Source: Candidatus Iainarchaeum sp.
GTDB lineage: Archaea; Iainarchaeota; Iainarchaeia; Iainarchaeales; CSSED10-239
Assembly (NCBI GenBank): GCA_037441475.1
Contig: JBBISB010000002.1
Coordinates: 30,001-62,000, forward strand
Reading direction: 5' to 3'
Length of the DNA stretch: 32,000 bases
Part shown: piece by piece, positions 27,663 through 32,000 of the stretch
Numbering within the stretch: position 1 is the stretch's first letter
Layout of the letters: every line of letters begins with the position of its first letter
Notes under the pieces: model-generated
The model's input: the letters and a program-made list of their open reading frames with translations, nothing else
Told to the model about the DNA's origin: nothing
Databases searched by the model: none
Position numbers and translations under genes: made by a program

Positions 27663-28414
27663 AACGTAAGATGATTAATAGTATATTTAAGGGATTTAAT
27701 TTTTTTACAAAAAAAGGTTTTTTTAAAATATTTGTAGCATACCTTTTATTTGGGGTATATAGTTACTTTATTTTAGATTATCTTAATAGAGTGGTAGAGA
27801 GTGTTGATTTAACAGGGGTATCCTTTGTAAACTACACTCAATTTATAATTAATACTCTAGGACTTAACCTAGTATGGATTATTCTATCTGTATTTGGAAT
27901 GGTATTATTAACTGTATTTTTAACATTTACAGTAGCTAACACTGAAAATAAGAAGGAGATTGAGTTTTTTGAAGGTTTTAAAAGAAGTTTAAGATTTTCA
28001 TTCTTGTTTTTACTTGTAGGGGTTGTAATGCTTTTATTGTTTAGTGTTATTGGAACATATATTAATGTTGTAACTTTTATCTTGCTTATTTTATTAACAA
28101 TTGTTTTTGTAATTATAATGTTTATGTTCTATATTGGAAACATCTATTTAGGGTTATTTGATTTAACTGTTAAGGAAGCTCTAGAAAAATCAAGAGGGTT
28201 TATTAGAAAGAAATTTTGGACAACTTTAGGTTTTTTAATACTTTTAGCTGTTGTTAATTTCTTAATCTATTATGTTTTAGATTTCCTTTACTTTAATATT
28301 TTTTTTTATAACACAATTGCTGCTATTATTACAATTGAAATTGCATATTTCTTAAGTAGCTTGTATATAATAAATGCATTTACACTTTTGATTAAAGATC
28401 AAAAGTTTAAATAA
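27659..28414 (+). CDS. Polytopic membrane protein of unknown function, GTG start overlapping the upstream stop
   Basis: About six hydrophobic segments; GTGA overlap at 27659-27662. Confidence 0.6.
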   Translation: MKRKMINSIFKGFNFFTKKGFFKIFVAYLLFGVYSYFILDYLNRVVESVDLTGVSFVNYTQFIINTLGLNLVWIILSVFGMVLLTVFLTFTVANTENKKEIEFFEGFKRSLRFSFLFLLVGVVMLLLFSVIGTYINVVTFILLILLTIVFVIIMFMFYIGNIYLGLFDLTVKEALEKSRGFIRKKFWTTLGFLILLAVVNFLIYYVLDFLYFNIFFYNTIAAIITIEIAYFLSSLYIINAFTLLIKDQKFK

Positions 28415-28474
28415 ATACTTTTGGTTTCTCTTTTTTTATTTTTAAAAAAATAATATAGACGTAAATAATATTAA

Positions 28475-28500
28475 AAAGAGCGATGCCTATAAACCTCTTT
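28475..28500. terminator. Weak hairpin in the convergent region between the 28414 ORF and the 23S gene
   Basis: AAAGAG (28475-28480) / CTCTTT (28495-28500), followed by AACTTTTTGTTTT. Confidence 0.25.
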
Positions 28501-28577
28501 AACTTTTTGTTTTAAAAAAAATGTACTAATGTCTACTTTTAAAAATAATATTACTTATATTAAAAAAATAGTAATAA

Positions 28578-28649
28578 AGTAGGAAATAATGCCTTTTTAT
28601 ATAGCAAAGAGCAAGTATTTTTATTTAAGTTAATAAAAATCTTAAACTT
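28578..28649. repeat. Left arm of the inverted repeat enclosing the 23S rRNA gene (processing stalk, 3' side of transcript)
   Basis: AGTAGGAAATAATGCCT 28578-28594, GTTAATAAAAAT 28629-28640, CTTAAACTT 28641-28649; complementary to 31616-31684. Confidence 0.85.
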
Positions 28650-31615
<2,966 letters not shown>

Positions 31616-31684
31616 AAATTTAAGAATCATTTTTATTAACCAAATAAACTTGCTTTTTGTTATTATTAGGCATTATTTCCTACT
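31616..31684. repeat. Right arm of the inverted repeat enclosing the 23S rRNA gene (5' side of transcript)
   Basis: AAATTTAAG 31616-31624, ATTTTTATTAAC 31629-31640, AGGCATTATTTCCTACT 31668-31684. Confidence 0.85.
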
Positions 31685-32000
31685 TCTTTCATTCCGTTAA
31701 ATTTAGAAAGTATTAAACGGTCAAACTCACTTGGAAAAAACTCCTAGTGGGTAATATAATCTTTAGAAGAGGTAAGTTTTTAAAGGAATCGTTTTCTTCC
31801 TTAGAGATTCTTAGAAATTGAAAAAAATAAGGTTTTTTAAGACCTTAAAAGTAATTTAGAGTATTAAAAACCACTTAATTTTGCTAAAAAGCAATAAAGG
31901 AGCTTTTTATATAGTAATCAACATACAAAAAGACTTAGAAAAAATCCCTTAAAAATTAAGAAATGAAAAATGTTTTAATACATAAACTATTTAGCAGAGA

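Noticed and set aside
31700-32000. Possible additional ncRNA or the end of a 16S upstream of 23S
   Set aside because: Only short weak hairpins (for example CACTAGG...CCAAGTG region near 31730-31755) and no recognisable 16S conserved elements; it may be the rRNA leader/promoter but I cannot support a separate gene.

Overview
AT-rich archaeal window, most likely from a small-genome DPANN-type lineage (inference from gene content; I have no database match). Supported content: partial PHP-domain protein, beta-CASP metallo-beta-lactamase, NMD3-like Zn protein, TrkH/TrkA, two micro-ORFs, aspS, tRNA-Arg(CCU), PNPOx-like protein, adk plus a long coiled-coil protein, two membrane-anchored Ig-like exported proteins, a wHTH/RelE-type toxin-antitoxin-like pair whose toxin has an in-frame TGA, smc, serS, a P-type cation ATPase, a Kef-type antiporter, PAP2 phosphatase, a CAU tRNA, an RpiA-family protein with altered catalytic motifs, a HTH/PIN cluster, two membrane proteins, and a 23S rRNA gene on the minus strand with no 16S or 5S recognised in the window. 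The strongest finding is an unannotated C/D box sRNA (plus strand, about 24573-24633) with textbook C, D', C' and D boxes. Its two guides each form a 9-bp duplex, and by the box+5 rule they target the equivalents of E. coli 23S U2552 (target present in this window at 29001) and 16S C1402. Other notable observations are a long interrupted inverted repeat enclosing the 23S gene, a toxin-like gene broken by one TGA at a probable Gly codon, hairpin plus T-tract structures overlapping stop codons, an acidic 59-aa / basic 19-aa micro-ORF pair, and a divergent SMC hinge.
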